A stretch of DNA of 63,000 nucleotides, counting the filler, from an uncultured bacterium (GTDB taxonomy: Bacteria; CAZSTA01), in assembly GCA_964609495.1 (NCBI GenBank). It is 3 parts of 3 records of this genome, joined end to end, with 100 filler letters (N's around TTAATTAATTAA, not from the genome) between each part and the next. Parts side by side here need not be neighbours in the genome. Positions count along the whole stretch, not along the records: positions 1 to 21,060 come from CAZSTA010000043.1; positions 21,161 to 42,114 come from CAZSTA010000044.1; 1 more part is not named here. One strand, given 5' to 3'. The position numbers were made by a program, and so were the translations under genes. Shown here piece after piece: positions 17,927-27,590 of this stretch; within the stretch, counting starts at the first letter, position 1; the number at the start of each line of letters is the position of its first letter. A model generated the notes under the pieces. The model was not told the origin of the DNA. It was given only the letters and a program-made list of their open reading frames with translations, and made no database searches.

Positions 17927-19879
17927 ATGGACAAGATCATAATTTCAGAGGAGGATTATCGCGATAAAGTATATGGTTGTTGGTTGGGCAAATCCATTGG
18001 GGGAACTTTAGGTGCTCCTTATGAGGGGAAGAAGGAGCTAAATAACCTGACCTTCTATGGAAAGTTGCCCGATGGACCAGCGGAGAATGATGATCTCGAT
18101 CTTCAACTGCTGTGGTTACACGCGATAGAGGGGAATGGTATTGATATAACGGCGGCTGATTTAGGAGAGGAATGGCTCTCCCATGTCAATTTCCCCTGGG
18201 ATGAGTATGGTTATGGAATATTCAACTTGAGGAGGGGGTTAAAACCCCCGATCACAGGTTCTTTTAATAACTGGTTCACTGACTGCATGGGATCGCCGAT
18301 ACGCTCGGAGATATGGGCGGCTCTCGCTCCGGGAGACCCTCAGCTAGCGGCTACGATGGCTTATCAAGATGCGATTGTAGATCACGGGAGAGAGGGGGTA
18401 TTTGGAGAGATGTTCTTCGCGGCTTTGGAGAGCGCCGCCTTCGTTATCTCCGATGTCTATCAATTGCTCGATATCGGATTAGCGATGATCCCTGAGGATT
18501 GCCGAGTAAGTAGGGCGATCAGAGATGCTATTGGATGGTATAAGGAAGGCAACGACTGGAAGAAGACGCGAGAGTTGATCTTAGAGAGATATGGACATTA
18601 TAATATGACTGATGCTCCTCAAAATCTCGGCTTCATAACTCTGGGATGGCTTTATGGAGAGGGAGATTTCGGAAAATCCATATTAACTGCGGTCAACTGT
18701 GGATATGATACCGATTGCACGGGAGCGACTCTAGCCTCGATTCTTGGGATCATCCTCGGAGCCGAAAATATTCCTGCTGATTGGGTCAAGCCGATAGGGG
18801 ATCGCATCAAAATGCATCATTTGATGAGCGGGATGACTCCTCCTAAGAATCTCAGCGAACTAACCGATAAAACTTGTCGTTATGGGAAGGAGGTAATAGC
18901 TAAAAAATCCGAGCAAGTTATTATCTCTGTCGAGGAAGAGACCACCAAAGAATCTCTCGAGATTTATGAACTTTTGAGGAGAGGAGATGCCACTAAGAAG
19001 CTAGCTTCTCAGAACAGGAATATCTCTATTTTGAGGACCCCCTCATTCGAGATATCGGTGGATTATGAGAGATCGCAAATGCCAATCATCACCTACGATA
19101 AAATGAGGGATATCAGAGTTACGGTAAAGAATATAAGCGATGAAAATAAGGAGGGCGAGGTAAGCATCGAAGTTCCCGAAGGATGGGAGATATTGCTTGA
19201 AGGGGCAGGAGAATTTTCTCTCTCACCGCAGGAGGAGTTTTTAGTGCCTTATAGTTTTAGAGTGCCTGAGGAGAAAGCCAAGCTTCAACCGAGCAACAAG
19301 CTAACCTTTAATGTAAGGAGCGATAGTTCAATTGAGAGCACCGAGATCGTCCTAATAGGTGAGGGGCTATGGTATATTGCCTCTCCTTTCGAGAACGATG
19401 AGGAGGGAATTGGATTCGATACCGTCTATGGTCCAGAGGAGAATCCATCTATCGAAGCTGTATTTAAATCTAAGAGCGGGGAGGAGATCAAGTTCTGGAG
19501 GCATTCCTTCCCCGAATCTCAGCTCAATATGAATCGATTCTTACCCAGAGGAAAACCAGGGGTGGTCTATGCTTTAGGATATATCTGGTCCCCTAAAAGT
19601 CGCGAGGCTAGGATAGTAGCCGCCTGTAGCGATGGGATAAAGGTCTGGATGAATGATGAGTTGATCATCAGCAAGCGAGAGGCGGGACCGGTAATGCCCG
19701 CGACTCATCGTCCAGTGAAAGGGACCTTTGCCGATGTGAGTCTAAAAGAGGGATGGAATAAATTCCTACTGAAAGTAGCCCGATACTCAGATTCAGTTGA
19801 GACTCACTTCTTAATCGCGGGCGAGGATAAGCAACATATCCCCGATCTGGTCAATACTTATCCGCCAGATGAGGTTTAG
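17927..19879 (+). CDS. ADP-ribosylglycohydrolase family protein with C-terminal beta-sandwich domains
   Basis: GCWLGKSIGGTLGAPYEG, NDDLD, GYDTDCTGAT; C-terminal DGIKVWMN...LKEGWNKFLLK. Confidence 0.85.
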   Translation: MDKIIISEEDYRDKVYGCWLGKSIGGTLGAPYEGKKELNNLTFYGKLPDGPAENDDLDLQLLWLHAIEGNGIDITAADLGEEWLSHVNFPWDEYGYGIFNLRRGLKPPITGSFNNWFTDCMGSPIRSEIWAALAPGDPQLAATMAYQDAIVDHGREGVFGEMFFAALESAAFVISDVYQLLDIGLAMIPEDCRVSRAIRDAIGWYKEGNDWKKTRELILERYGHYNMTDAPQNLGFITLGWLYGEGDFGKSILTAVNCGYDTDCTGATLASILGIILGAENIPADWVKPIGDRIKMHHLMSGMTPPKNLSELTDKTCRYGKEVIAKKSEQVIISVEEETTKESLEIYELLRRGDATKKLASQNRNISILRTPSFEISVDYERSQMPIITYDKMRDIRVTVKNISDENKEGEVSIEVPEGWEILLEGAGEFSLSPQEEFLVPYSFRVPEEKAKLQPSNKLTFNVRSDSSIESTEIVLIGEGLWYIASPFENDEEGIGFDTVYGPEENPSIEAVFKSKSGEEIKFWRHSFPESQLNMNRFLPRGKPGVVYALGYIWSPKSREARIVAACSDGIKVWMNDELIISKREAGPVMPATHRPVKGTFADVSLKEGWNKFLLKVARYSDSVETHFLIAGEDKQHIPDLVNTYPPDEV

Positions 19880-19886
19880 TAGGGGA

Positions 19887-19925
19887 TTCAAGTATAATCA
19901 CCCTCACCCTATCCCTCTCCCCTTG
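19887..19925 (+). repeat. Truncated family A repeat stub
   Basis: CCCTCACCCTATCCCTCTCCCC half element. Confidence 0.7.
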
Positions 19926-19942
19926 TCTGTTAGCCTGATATT

Positions 19943-20677
19943 TTACATATTTAACCCGCTTTTGTAGTTTGGTTTTATTTCAAGGGGAGAGGTGAGTTCA
20001 TGCCTCCGTTTCACATATTGACCGAGACGGTGAGTCCTGAGAGGGAAGAAATTTTTGATATCAGGGGCAACCTTTTTCCATCCCTCCTCTATATCCGAGA
20101 GCCTGATATTGTCCTTGCCGATCTCATAAAGTATCCCTATTTCGGCTTTCTTTCCCTCCACTTCAACTAACTTCACCTCCAGAATATAGGGACGAATATC
20201 TATGATCTTCACCCTCCTCTTAGTTCTGTGTTCAACTTCTATACTATCGGATGCCAATAGAATATTTATCCACTCTTTGAACTCCTCCCGGATAGGAGGG
20301 TTATCGCCTTGCCACTCCAATCTCTGTGAATATTCCATAGCCTCGATCTCAGCGGAGAGCGATTTTACTTTTTTCGGTATTTCCTTAACGGCAACGATCT
20401 GCAATCCCAAAGGAAGCTGTCTCGCCAAGGCGGTCTCGAACTCGAGAGGCGTCATCCTTCCCTCCACTTCAAAATCGGCAAATTCCGCCTCACTTGTGAA
20501 GCCCAAAGCTAAAGCAGGACCAAAGGCTATCTTAGGATGGGGATGAAATCCCTGAGAGAAGGCGATCGGGATATTCGCTCTCCTTATTGCTCTCTCCATT
20601 GTCCTTATGAGATCGAGATGAGAGATGAATCTTATCTCGCCCAGCTTTTTATATTGGACTCTGAGTTTGGAGGTCAT
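19943..20677 (-). CDS. TIGR03936/DUF2344 radical-SAM-associated protein
   Basis: RFISHLDL, RAIRRA, FSQGFHPHPKIAFGPALALG, IDIRP; start ATG 20677. Confidence 0.88.
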   Translation of the reverse strand: MTSKLRVQYKKLGEIRFISHLDLIRTMERAIRRANIPIAFSQGFHPHPKIAFGPALALGFTSEAEFADFEVEGRMTPLEFETALARQLPLGLQIVAVKEIPKKVKSLSAEIEAMEYSQRLEWQGDNPPIREEFKEWINILLASDSIEVEHRTKRRVKIIDIRPYILEVKLVEVEGKKAEIGILYEIGKDNIRLSDIEEGWKKVAPDIKNFFPLRTHRLGQYVKRRHELTSPLEIKPNYKSGLNM

Positions 20678-20722
20678 ATCCTTCTCTCTTCTCGTTGGTT
20701 TTGGTTGTCCTGACTTCATAAC

Positions 20723-20854
20723 TCATTCTGAGGATTCCTCTTTAGGAGTTCCCCTTAAAGTCACTATATATCTATCGAAGAGCTTATCAGCATTTCTAAC
20801 TAATTCTAATAGTTCAGTTCTCGCTTTAGTTACGGAGATCATCTTCTCAGCCAT
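20723..20854 (-). pseudogene. Truncated/frameshifted Phd/YefM antitoxin
   Basis: MAEKMISVTKARTELLELVRNADKLFDRYIVTLRGTPK; the expected M-S-Y-E continuation (ATGAGTTATGAA) lies in another frame across the stop; RBS GAGGTGA. Confidence 0.7.
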
Positions 20855-20893
20855 CTTTATCACCTCTAAATGCTAATTATAGTGTCCATAGCT

Positions 20894-20923
20894 ATTATAA
20901 CCTACTTGCCTCGCGTCTGTCAA
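20894..20923 (-). promoter_or_regulatory. Sigma70 promoter
   Basis: TTGACA-18bp-TATAAT. Confidence 0.7.
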
Positions 20924-21060
20924 ATTTAACCTGAAGTTAATTCTTTGGCAATCTTGCGATTTATGTAATCTATTGCCATCTCCCTTATCCTTCAAGTATT
21001 TCCTGAAGTGACTCGTCTCCATAATATACAAACTCCCCAGCTAAGCGGAAGTTTCTAACT

Positions 21061-21160
21061 NNNNNNNNNNNNNNNNNNNNNNNNNNNNNNNNNNNNNNNN
21101 NNNNTTAATTAATTAANNNNNNNNNNNNNNNNNNNNNNNNNNNNNNNNNNNNNNNNNNNN
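21061..21160. other. Artificial contig linker
   Basis: N-run containing the TTAATTAATTAA six-frame stop spacer. Confidence 0.97.
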
Positions 21161-21241
21161 TAACTTCGGTAGATAGCTCACTTATTCAGTGAGTATTCAT
21201 ATATCCTAAATTAAGGGTAAGAAAGGGGAACAAAACAACTG

Positions 21242-22315
21242 ATGAAGAATGGTAAACTACAGGTAGGTATCATAGGCAGTGGAGATATAGCTGAGTTAGC
21301 CCATATTCCAGGTTATAAGGCTCTGGATAACGTGGAGATAGTAGCAGTATGTGATATAAGAGAGGAGAGGGTGAAGGAGATAGCGACTAAGTTCGACATC
21401 CCTAAAACCTTCACTAGTTATGAAGAGATGTTGAAGATGGAGGAGATCGATCTCGTAAGCGTCTGCACTCCTAACAATATGCATAAGCCTCCAACAGTCG
21501 CCGCTCTTAAGGCTGGAAAGCATGTATTGTGTGAGAAGCCGATGGCGTTGAATTATCAGGAAGGGCTCGAGATGATCGAGGCGGCTAAATCCGCTGGTAA
21601 GAGGCTGATGGTGGGCTTCAATAATCGCTATCGTCCCGAGGCTCAGGCGATTAAACGCTACGCCGAGGCGGGAAGATTAGGTGAGATGTATTACGCTCGT
21701 TCCCAAGCCCTTCGCAGACGGGGAATTCCTAGCTGGGGCAACTTCATCGAGAAGAAAATAGCAGGAGGAGGTCCCTTGATCGATATAGGAGTTCATATCC
21801 TTGACCTCACCCTCTATATAATGGGGCATTCTGAACCAACTGCGGTATCGGGAATAACCTATACTAAGTTCGGCAACCGCAGAGGTGTGCTCGGCTTGCT
21901 GGGACAGTGGGATGTCGATAGATTCTCAGTGGAGGATTTCGCTATTGGTTTAGTCAGATTCAAAAATGGAGCAACTCTACTTCTAGAATCGAGCTTCTGC
22001 GCAAATATCAAGGAGGACGTTTTCAACTTCACGATCTTCGGAACTGAGGGCGGATGTCAATTGAATCCTCCTATGATCTTCGGAGAAGAGTGCGGATCGC
22101 TCGTCAATATAGAGCCAGCTCACCTAGTAGGTTACCTAAGAGGTAAGGAAAAAACACATTCTAAGGAGATAAGGCTCTTTGTGGAGGCTATATTAAACGA
22201 TACTCCGACCCCGATTCCAGCGGAAGAGGCTCTGATCGTTACCCAGATATTAGATGGCATATATAGATCGGCGGAGAAAGGGCGAGAGATCGCCCTTGAA
22301 GAAGCGCTAGTTTAA
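21242..22315 (+). CDS. Gfo/Idh/MocA family oxidoreductase
   Basis: VGIIGSG, HVLCEKPMA, GGGPLIDIGVH. Confidence 0.92.
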   Translation: MKNGKLQVGIIGSGDIAELAHIPGYKALDNVEIVAVCDIREERVKEIATKFDIPKTFTSYEEMLKMEEIDLVSVCTPNNMHKPPTVAALKAGKHVLCEKPMALNYQEGLEMIEAAKSAGKRLMVGFNNRYRPEAQAIKRYAEAGRLGEMYYARSQALRRRGIPSWGNFIEKKIAGGGPLIDIGVHILDLTLYIMGHSEPTAVSGITYTKFGNRRGVLGLLGQWDVDRFSVEDFAIGLVRFKNGATLLLESSFCANIKEDVFNFTIFGTEGGCQLNPPMIFGEECGSLVNIEPAHLVGYLRGKEKTHSKEIRLFVEAILNDTPTPIPAEEALIVTQILDGIYRSAEKGREIALEEALV

Positions 22316-22345
22316 GTAATAGCTATCCCGGGATTAAGCGTATTA

Positions 22346-22373
22346 AAGCGGTCGGGTTGTTGTCCGACCGCTT
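22346..22373 (+). terminator. Stem-loop terminator
   Basis: AAGCGGTCGG-GTTGTTGT-CCGACCGCTT about 30 bp after stop. Confidence 0.65.
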
Positions 22374-22434
22374 GCCGTTTATTAGAGCTAGAAATATAAT
22401 CTTTATATCTCTTCCTGATATCACAAAATTTTTA

Positions 22435-22894
22435 GTGTTGGAAGGAAATATTTTTAAGTTCGCTCATAGTGAGGTTTTTATTCTTTCAGATCATTACATT
22501 TAGCAGGAGAGATAGTTCTAAGAGTTAGCTATAATTTGAGAGAATAATTCTTAATTCTAAAACCTACTTATGATATATTATAAATAAATTATAACTACTC
22601 AAGGGATGATAAATTATGAGTGATGCTTGGGCAACTTAAGCAAGGGAGAGCAGAAATCGGGAAAACTATCTAAGCAAGATGAGAGTAATAAGCTATGGGG
22701 CCTTTGAGATTATCAAAAATGAGCTTGAGCAGATAAAATCAAGACAAGTTCAAGTATCAAATATCACTGAAGAATTAAGAATTGATAAAATATAAGATAG
22801 CTTATGAGAAGATCAAAGTCCAATTTACAGAGATCCAACTCCTTTTACTTTATCTTTAGAATTATCGCCACTTCCTTATCATTCTTTCCAACAC
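22435..22894. mobile_element. Decayed element (family D) with GTGTTGGAA inverted ends carrying a remnant HTH gene
   Basis: GTGTTGGAAGGAA ... TTCTTTCCAACAC; internal 22542-22650 homologous to 62742-62833 and 62978-63000. Confidence 0.55.
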
Positions 22895-22925
22895 AAAATT
22901 TTATCTGGTTTGCTGTCGCCCTCAC

Positions 22926-24440
22926 CTAGCTTAGATCGTAGGCCTTAATCTTACGTTGGAGGGTTCTCAGACCGATTTCCAATACTTCAGCAGTCTTCGT
23001 CCTATTACCGCCTAAGCACTCTAGGGTTCTCTTAATTATCTCCCTTTCAGCCTCCTTCATCGTTATCCCTGTTGGCAGAGCGATATGTTTTATATTGGCT
23101 CCACTCTCCTTCAATTTTAAGGTATCAACATCTATCCCTAATATCCTTGCCGCTTTACCTCTATCCCCCTCAACATTTCCCAGGGTTCTCTTAATTATCT
23201 CCCTTTCCGCCTCCTTCATCGTTATCCCTATCGGTAGCTCTATCCGTTTTGGTGCAGCTTCGCTTTCTCTTATATTAACAGGTATATCATCAGCAGTAAT
23301 TATATCCTTAATAGCCATAACTACAATACCTTCTATGCAGTTCTTCAACTCCCTAACATTTCCTGGCCAGTTATAGCGCATTAGTATATCAAGCGCTTCT
23401 TTAGTTATTCCCGTTATGTTTTTGTTATTTTCCTTATTGAACTCCTTAATAAAAGCGTTGATGAAGAGAGGAATATCCTCTTTTCTCTCCCTAAGGGGAG
23501 GGAGATCGATAGTAATTACCTTTAGCCGATAGTATAGATCCTCACGGAAAGTTTTGTTAGCGATAGCTTCTTCCAAATCTGTATTGGTGGCGGAAATTAA
23601 ACGCACATCAACCTTAATGGGTTTATTCCCCCCGACTCTCTCGAACTCCCTAGTTTCTAAAACCCTCAGGAGCTTGACCTGTATCGCTGGACTTATCTCT
23701 CCTATTTCATCCAGGAACAAGGTCCCTTTATCTGCCAACTCAAACTTTCCTATCCTTCTCCCCACCGCGCCAGTGAAGGCTCCTCTCTCATGTCCGAATA
23801 ATTCACTTTCTAACACCCCCTCGGCTAAAGCCGCGCAGGAGAGAGTAACGAAGGGCTTATCCTTACGAGGACTATTTTGATGTATCGCCCGAGCGATAAG
23901 ATCCTTACCAGTTCCGCTCTCTCCTTGAATCAGTATTGTAGCTCTGGTAGGCGCAATCTGAGCGATCTTATGATAGATACGGCGCATATCCTCCGTATTA
24001 CCGATTAGATTCTCGAAGCCATACTTCTTATCTAACCTCTTACGTAGTTCTTCGTTCTCCAGAGCTAATCGTTGCTTCTCTAATCCCTTCTCCAGGAGGG
24101 CACGTAGCTCATCTATATTAATCGGCTTGTTGAGATAGTCATAGGCTCCGCTCTTCATAGCCTCAACTGCAGTCTCTATACTTCCGTAGCCAGTGATCAT
24201 AATAGCTACTATCTCCGGATCCCTTTCTCGAGACGCCTTTAGTATCTCCATTCCGTCTATATCGGGCATCCTGAGATCGACTACTATTGCGTTTATCCCA
24301 TCCTCCATTAATAACTCTATAGCCTCTCTCCCTTTATCAATGGCGATCACTTCATAGCCACTTCTTCGCAGAGTTTTGGCTACTGCCTCTCGGCTTCCTC
24401 TATCATCATCTACTACGAGTACCTTCTTCTGTTGTAACAT
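22926..24440 (-). CDS. Sigma54-dependent response regulator (NtrC/AtoC type) with two tandem Fis-type HTH domains
   Basis: REC (VVDDD, DLRMP), GESGTGK, GAFTGA, WPGNVRELKN; duplicated ITMKEAEREIIKRTL..HTH. Confidence 0.92.
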   Translation of the reverse strand: MLQQKKVLVVDDDRGSREAVAKTLRRSGYEVIAIDKGREAIELLMEDGINAIVVDLRMPDIDGMEILKASRERDPEIVAIMITGYGSIETAVEAMKSGAYDYLNKPINIDELRALLEKGLEKQRLALENEELRKRLDKKYGFENLIGNTEDMRRIYHKIAQIAPTRATILIQGESGTGKDLIARAIHQNSPRKDKPFVTLSCAALAEGVLESELFGHERGAFTGAVGRRIGKFELADKGTLFLDEIGEISPAIQVKLLRVLETREFERVGGNKPIKVDVRLISATNTDLEEAIANKTFREDLYYRLKVITIDLPPLRERKEDIPLFINAFIKEFNKENNKNITGITKEALDILMRYNWPGNVRELKNCIEGIVVMAIKDIITADDIPVNIRESEAAPKRIELPIGITMKEAEREIIKRTLGNVEGDRGKAARILGIDVDTLKLKESGANIKHIALPTGITMKEAEREIIKRTLECLGGNRTKTAEVLEIGLRTLQRKIKAYDLS

Positions 24441-25149
24441 CTGTTCCCCTCTTTTTTATCTCGAGCGGTAACTTCATAGAGAAGATGGCGCCCTTCCCAT
24501 TCAAACTACTAACTTCGATAGTCCCCTTATGCTCTTTTACAATACGTTGAGTTATGGATAATCCTAATCCAGTTCCGTCCTCCTTAGTCGAAAAGAAAAG
24601 ATCAAATATATTATCTCTTATATCCCCAGGGATCCCCGGGCCAGCATCACAAACCTCAATCTGAACTTGTCCATCCAAGAGGCGAGTGCGGACCTTCAAT
24701 TTCCCTCCCTCAGCCATAGCTTGATTGGCGTTTAGAATGAGATTGAATAGGGCTTGTTTGAATAGTTTTTTATCTAATTTCAAAGGAGGAAGATCGCTTT
24801 GAAACTCCCTTTCTATGATTATACCTTGTCTTTCGGTCTCTGGTCCAATAAACCTTAGAACCTCATCGACAACCGAGTTTATATCTTCCTCCTCCAACTG
24901 AAGTTCGGGAGGTTTAGCGAAGCGCAGAAACTCGGTTAATATCTCCTCTAGCCGAATTATCTCATTCTTGACATCCCTTATTAACTCTAGAGCTTCCTCT
25001 CTATTCACTTCTGGACGCTGTAAATCCTCTTCGAGTAACTGAACGTTTATATTCAAAGCATTTAGGGGATTTCTTATCTCGTGAGCTAATCCACTAGCTA
25101 AGGTCCCTATATATGTCAATCTATCCATATCACCAGTTATATCTTCCAT
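24406..25149 (-). CDS. Cytoplasmic histidine kinase (HisKA + HATPase only)
   Basis: LAHEIRNPL, NLILNA, DAGPGI, FFSTK, GTGLGL; no sensor or TM domain. Confidence 0.9.
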   Translation of the reverse strand: MEDITGDMDRLTYIGTLASGLAHEIRNPLNALNINVQLLEEDLQRPEVNREEALELIRDVKNEIIRLEEILTEFLRFAKPPELQLEEEDINSVVDEVLRFIGPETERQGIIIEREFQSDLPPLKLDKKLFKQALFNLILNANQAMAEGGKLKVRTRLLDGQVQIEVCDAGPGIPGDIRDNIFDLFFSTKEDGTGLGLSITQRIVKEHKGTIEVSSLNGKGAIFSMKLPLEIKKRGTDVTTEEGTRSR

Positions 25150-25249
25150 ATTCGTTTTTGTGAATAAAACCTCCTCCAGAACGAATTTATCTCGTCATTC
25201 CCTCGCCACTTTCGATTCTCAGCCTTGAAGATCAGGCCGACCCTAATAG

Positions 25250-25278
25250 ATAATAACAAAGATAAAGCTATTTGTCAA
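25250..25278 (-). promoter_or_regulatory. Sigma70 promoter
   Basis: TTGACA-17bp-TATTAT. Confidence 0.7.
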
Positions 25279-25334
25279 GTTACTTTCTATCAATCTTAAG
25301 GGATTACCCTCTGCTTCCCTCTTCCCTGAGGGTG

Positions 25335-25385
25335 TAAAGGAAACTTTTGGACCTTGAGTTTTGTTACCGGCAAAAGTTTCCTTTA
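25335..25385. mobile_element. Mini-MITE family B
   Basis: TAAAGGAAACTTTT...AAAAGTTTCCTTTA inverted ends; 7 copies in window. Confidence 0.8.
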
Positions 25386-25386
25386 T

Positions 25387-25572
25387 TTAAGTAGTTTCAA
25401 GGAAATAAGTCCCTATTCTTAGTTTTTCGATTGTCGGTTCAAGATATAAATCCCCCTCACCCTATCCCTCTCCCGCAAGGGGAGAGGGGACATAATTGAG
25501 AAGTTTCCTCAATCTTTATTTCCTCCTTGATGAGAAGGTGATTTAAACAATTATCCCTGAAACCTCCTTGAA
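25387..25572 (+). mobile_element. Family A element (partly decayed)
   Basis: TTAAGTAGTTTCAA end, CCCCTCACCCTATCCCTCTCCCGCAAGGGGAGAGGGG. Confidence 0.75.
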
Positions 25573-25589
25573 TCTATTTAATCTTTAAC

Positions 25590-25618
25590 TAGACATAGCC
25601 ACAATATTAGTGTATAAT
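25590..25618 (+). promoter_or_regulatory. Sigma70 promoter
   Basis: TAGACA-17bp-TATAAT. Confidence 0.7.
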
Positions 25619-25659
25619 ATAACTGAAGTGATACTTTAGAGTAAAAGGAGACTTAGCTT

Positions 25660-26697
25660 ATGGTTCAGGGGAAATTAGGTTTGTGCCTTATCGGTTGTGG
25701 TCGAGTATCGAAATCTCATCTACCTGCTATAAGAGAACTAGGCGATATGATCGATTTAGTAGCAGTGGTGAGCCGAACGGAGGAGCATGCTAAAAGTGCG
25801 GCTCAAGAATTCGGAGCGAAACGTTACTATACCTCTATAGATAAAGCTCTGGATGATCCAGAAGTTCAGGCGGTTGATATATGCCTTCCTCACGATATGC
25901 ATCACTCCGTCTCAGTTCAATCAGCTAGAAAGGGCAAGCATATACTGGTTGAGAAGCCCATGGCTAATACCCTTGCCGAGGCGGATGAGATGATCGCATC
26001 TGCGAAGAAAAACGGAGTTATCCTTATGGTAGGACAGAGCCGACGCTTCTTTGACGCAGTCTTAGAGTCTAAGAGATTAATAGCTGAGGGAAAGATCGGG
26101 AGGCTGTTACATAGCAATGTCTTTATGTTGGGCTACATGGATAAACCTCCTACCCCTTGGTGGTCCTCTGCTGAAAAAGCTGGGGGATTAATATTACCTC
26201 TGTGGGGAAGTCATATCTTGGATTATATCCTTTGGATATCTCCCGCTGAGCCAGTCAGGGTCTATGCTGAGGCATATTCTGATAATCCTAACTGGGAAGG
26301 GGAAGACGAGATGGCGATCATCTTAGGATTCGCTGATGGCACTATAGCGAGCGTGCAGATGTCATGGAACGCTAGGATGACACCACCTAAGGGAACTCCT
26401 AAGCCAGAGGGAGGAATATGGAGCACTAAGGATAACGCCTACGAGCGATATATAATAGGTAGTGAGGGAACGATACATATGATCGACGAGACTGAGTTGA
26501 TCCTCAATGGAGAGGTGCTTAAAAGTGGTCCACAGAAGCCCGGTAACTTCTTCCTTGAGATAAAGGAATTCGCAAGCGCTATAGGGGAAGAGAGAGTCCC
26601 AATAGCCTCGGGGCAAGAGGTCCGAAAGGTTATGAGGGTTATGGATGCCTGCAAGGAGGCGATTAAGGAGAGAAGAGTAATCTACCTTGATAGTTAG
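25660..26697 (+). CDS. Gfo/Idh/MocA family oxidoreductase
   Basis: LIGCG, HILVEKPMA, VGQSRRF. Confidence 0.9.
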   Translation: MVQGKLGLCLIGCGRVSKSHLPAIRELGDMIDLVAVVSRTEEHAKSAAQEFGAKRYYTSIDKALDDPEVQAVDICLPHDMHHSVSVQSARKGKHILVEKPMANTLAEADEMIASAKKNGVILMVGQSRRFFDAVLESKRLIAEGKIGRLLHSNVFMLGYMDKPPTPWWSSAEKAGGLILPLWGSHILDYILWISPAEPVRVYAEAYSDNPNWEGEDEMAIILGFADGTIASVQMSWNARMTPPKGTPKPEGGIWSTKDNAYERYIIGSEGTIHMIDETELILNGEVLKSGPQKPGNFFLEIKEFASAIGEERVPIASGQEVRKVMRVMDACKEAIKERRVIYLDS

Positions 26698-26740
26698 TAT
26701 AATTTTCTAATTTCCAAAGGGATGGAGGGGATATTTTTCG

Positions 26741-27547
26741 ATGAAATATAGCATTTTTTCGAAGATTATGGCTGAATATACTATAGAGGAAACAGCGAAA
26801 AAGTTAAAAGAGATGGGCTATGATGGTGTTGAATGGCGGATTCATGAGGAATGCCACGTCAAATTAGAAGAAGTTGAGGAGAAATCTGCGTATCTAAAGG
26901 AGGTAACAGAAGATCACCGTTTGGAGATAGTAACTCTCGGAAGTTATGTTCAAGTATTCGATTTGGAGAATGCGAAGAGGCTGTTTCGAGCCGCAGTCCG
27001 CATGGGTTGCCCTCGGGTGAGGCTCTGGCCTGCCTATTACGATGGCACTCAGAATTATTATGATCTGTTAAACAAAACAAGGGATGCTATGAGTGAGCTG
27101 GGGCTTTATGCTCAGGATAACAATATCCAAGTGATATTGGAGATTCATAAGGGGACGATAATGCCTAGTGCTAGCGCTGCTAGGCGTCTAATGGAAGGAT
27201 TCGATCCTAAGCGCTTTGGTATAATATTCGATCCGGGCAATATGATCGCGGAGGGGATGGAAAACTGGAAGATGGGTTTGGAAATATTAGGTGAATACTT
27301 CGCTTATGTGCATTTCAAAAATGCTGGTTGGTTTAGGAAGATGATGTCAGTTGGAGAGGAGAGGACTTGGAGTTGCAATTGGCTTCCTCTGGATAGGGGT
27401 ATGGTGGATTGGGCAGAGGTTATGAGCTATCTTAAAAATATCGGCTTCGACGGATATTTATCGAACGAAAATTTCACCGATGTTTCCATGGATGAAAAGT
27501 TAGCTGGAGATATTAGATATTTGAGGGAACTTGAACAAAGAGCGTAA
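26741..27547 (+). CDS. Sugar phosphate isomerase/epimerase (AP_endonuc_2 TIM barrel)
   Basis: GYDGVEW, LEIH, FDPGN, YVHFKN, GFDGYLSNE. Confidence 0.88.
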   Translation: MKYSIFSKIMAEYTIEETAKKLKEMGYDGVEWRIHEECHVKLEEVEEKSAYLKEVTEDHRLEIVTLGSYVQVFDLENAKRLFRAAVRMGCPRVRLWPAYYDGTQNYYDLLNKTRDAMSELGLYAQDNNIQVILEIHKGTIMPSASAARRLMEGFDPKRFGIIFDPGNMIAEGMENWKMGLEILGEYFAYVHFKNAGWFRKMMSVGEERTWSCNWLPLDRGMVDWAEVMSYLKNIGFDGYLSNENFTDVSMDEKLAGDIRYLRELEQRA

Positions 27548-27590
27548 ACTTGAGCTTAATATGAATATGAATTCATTGTTTCTCCATTTT

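Noticed and set aside
21061-21160. TTAATTAATTAA palindrome within Ns (also 42115-42214)
   Set aside because: Artificial contig-joining spacer, not biological
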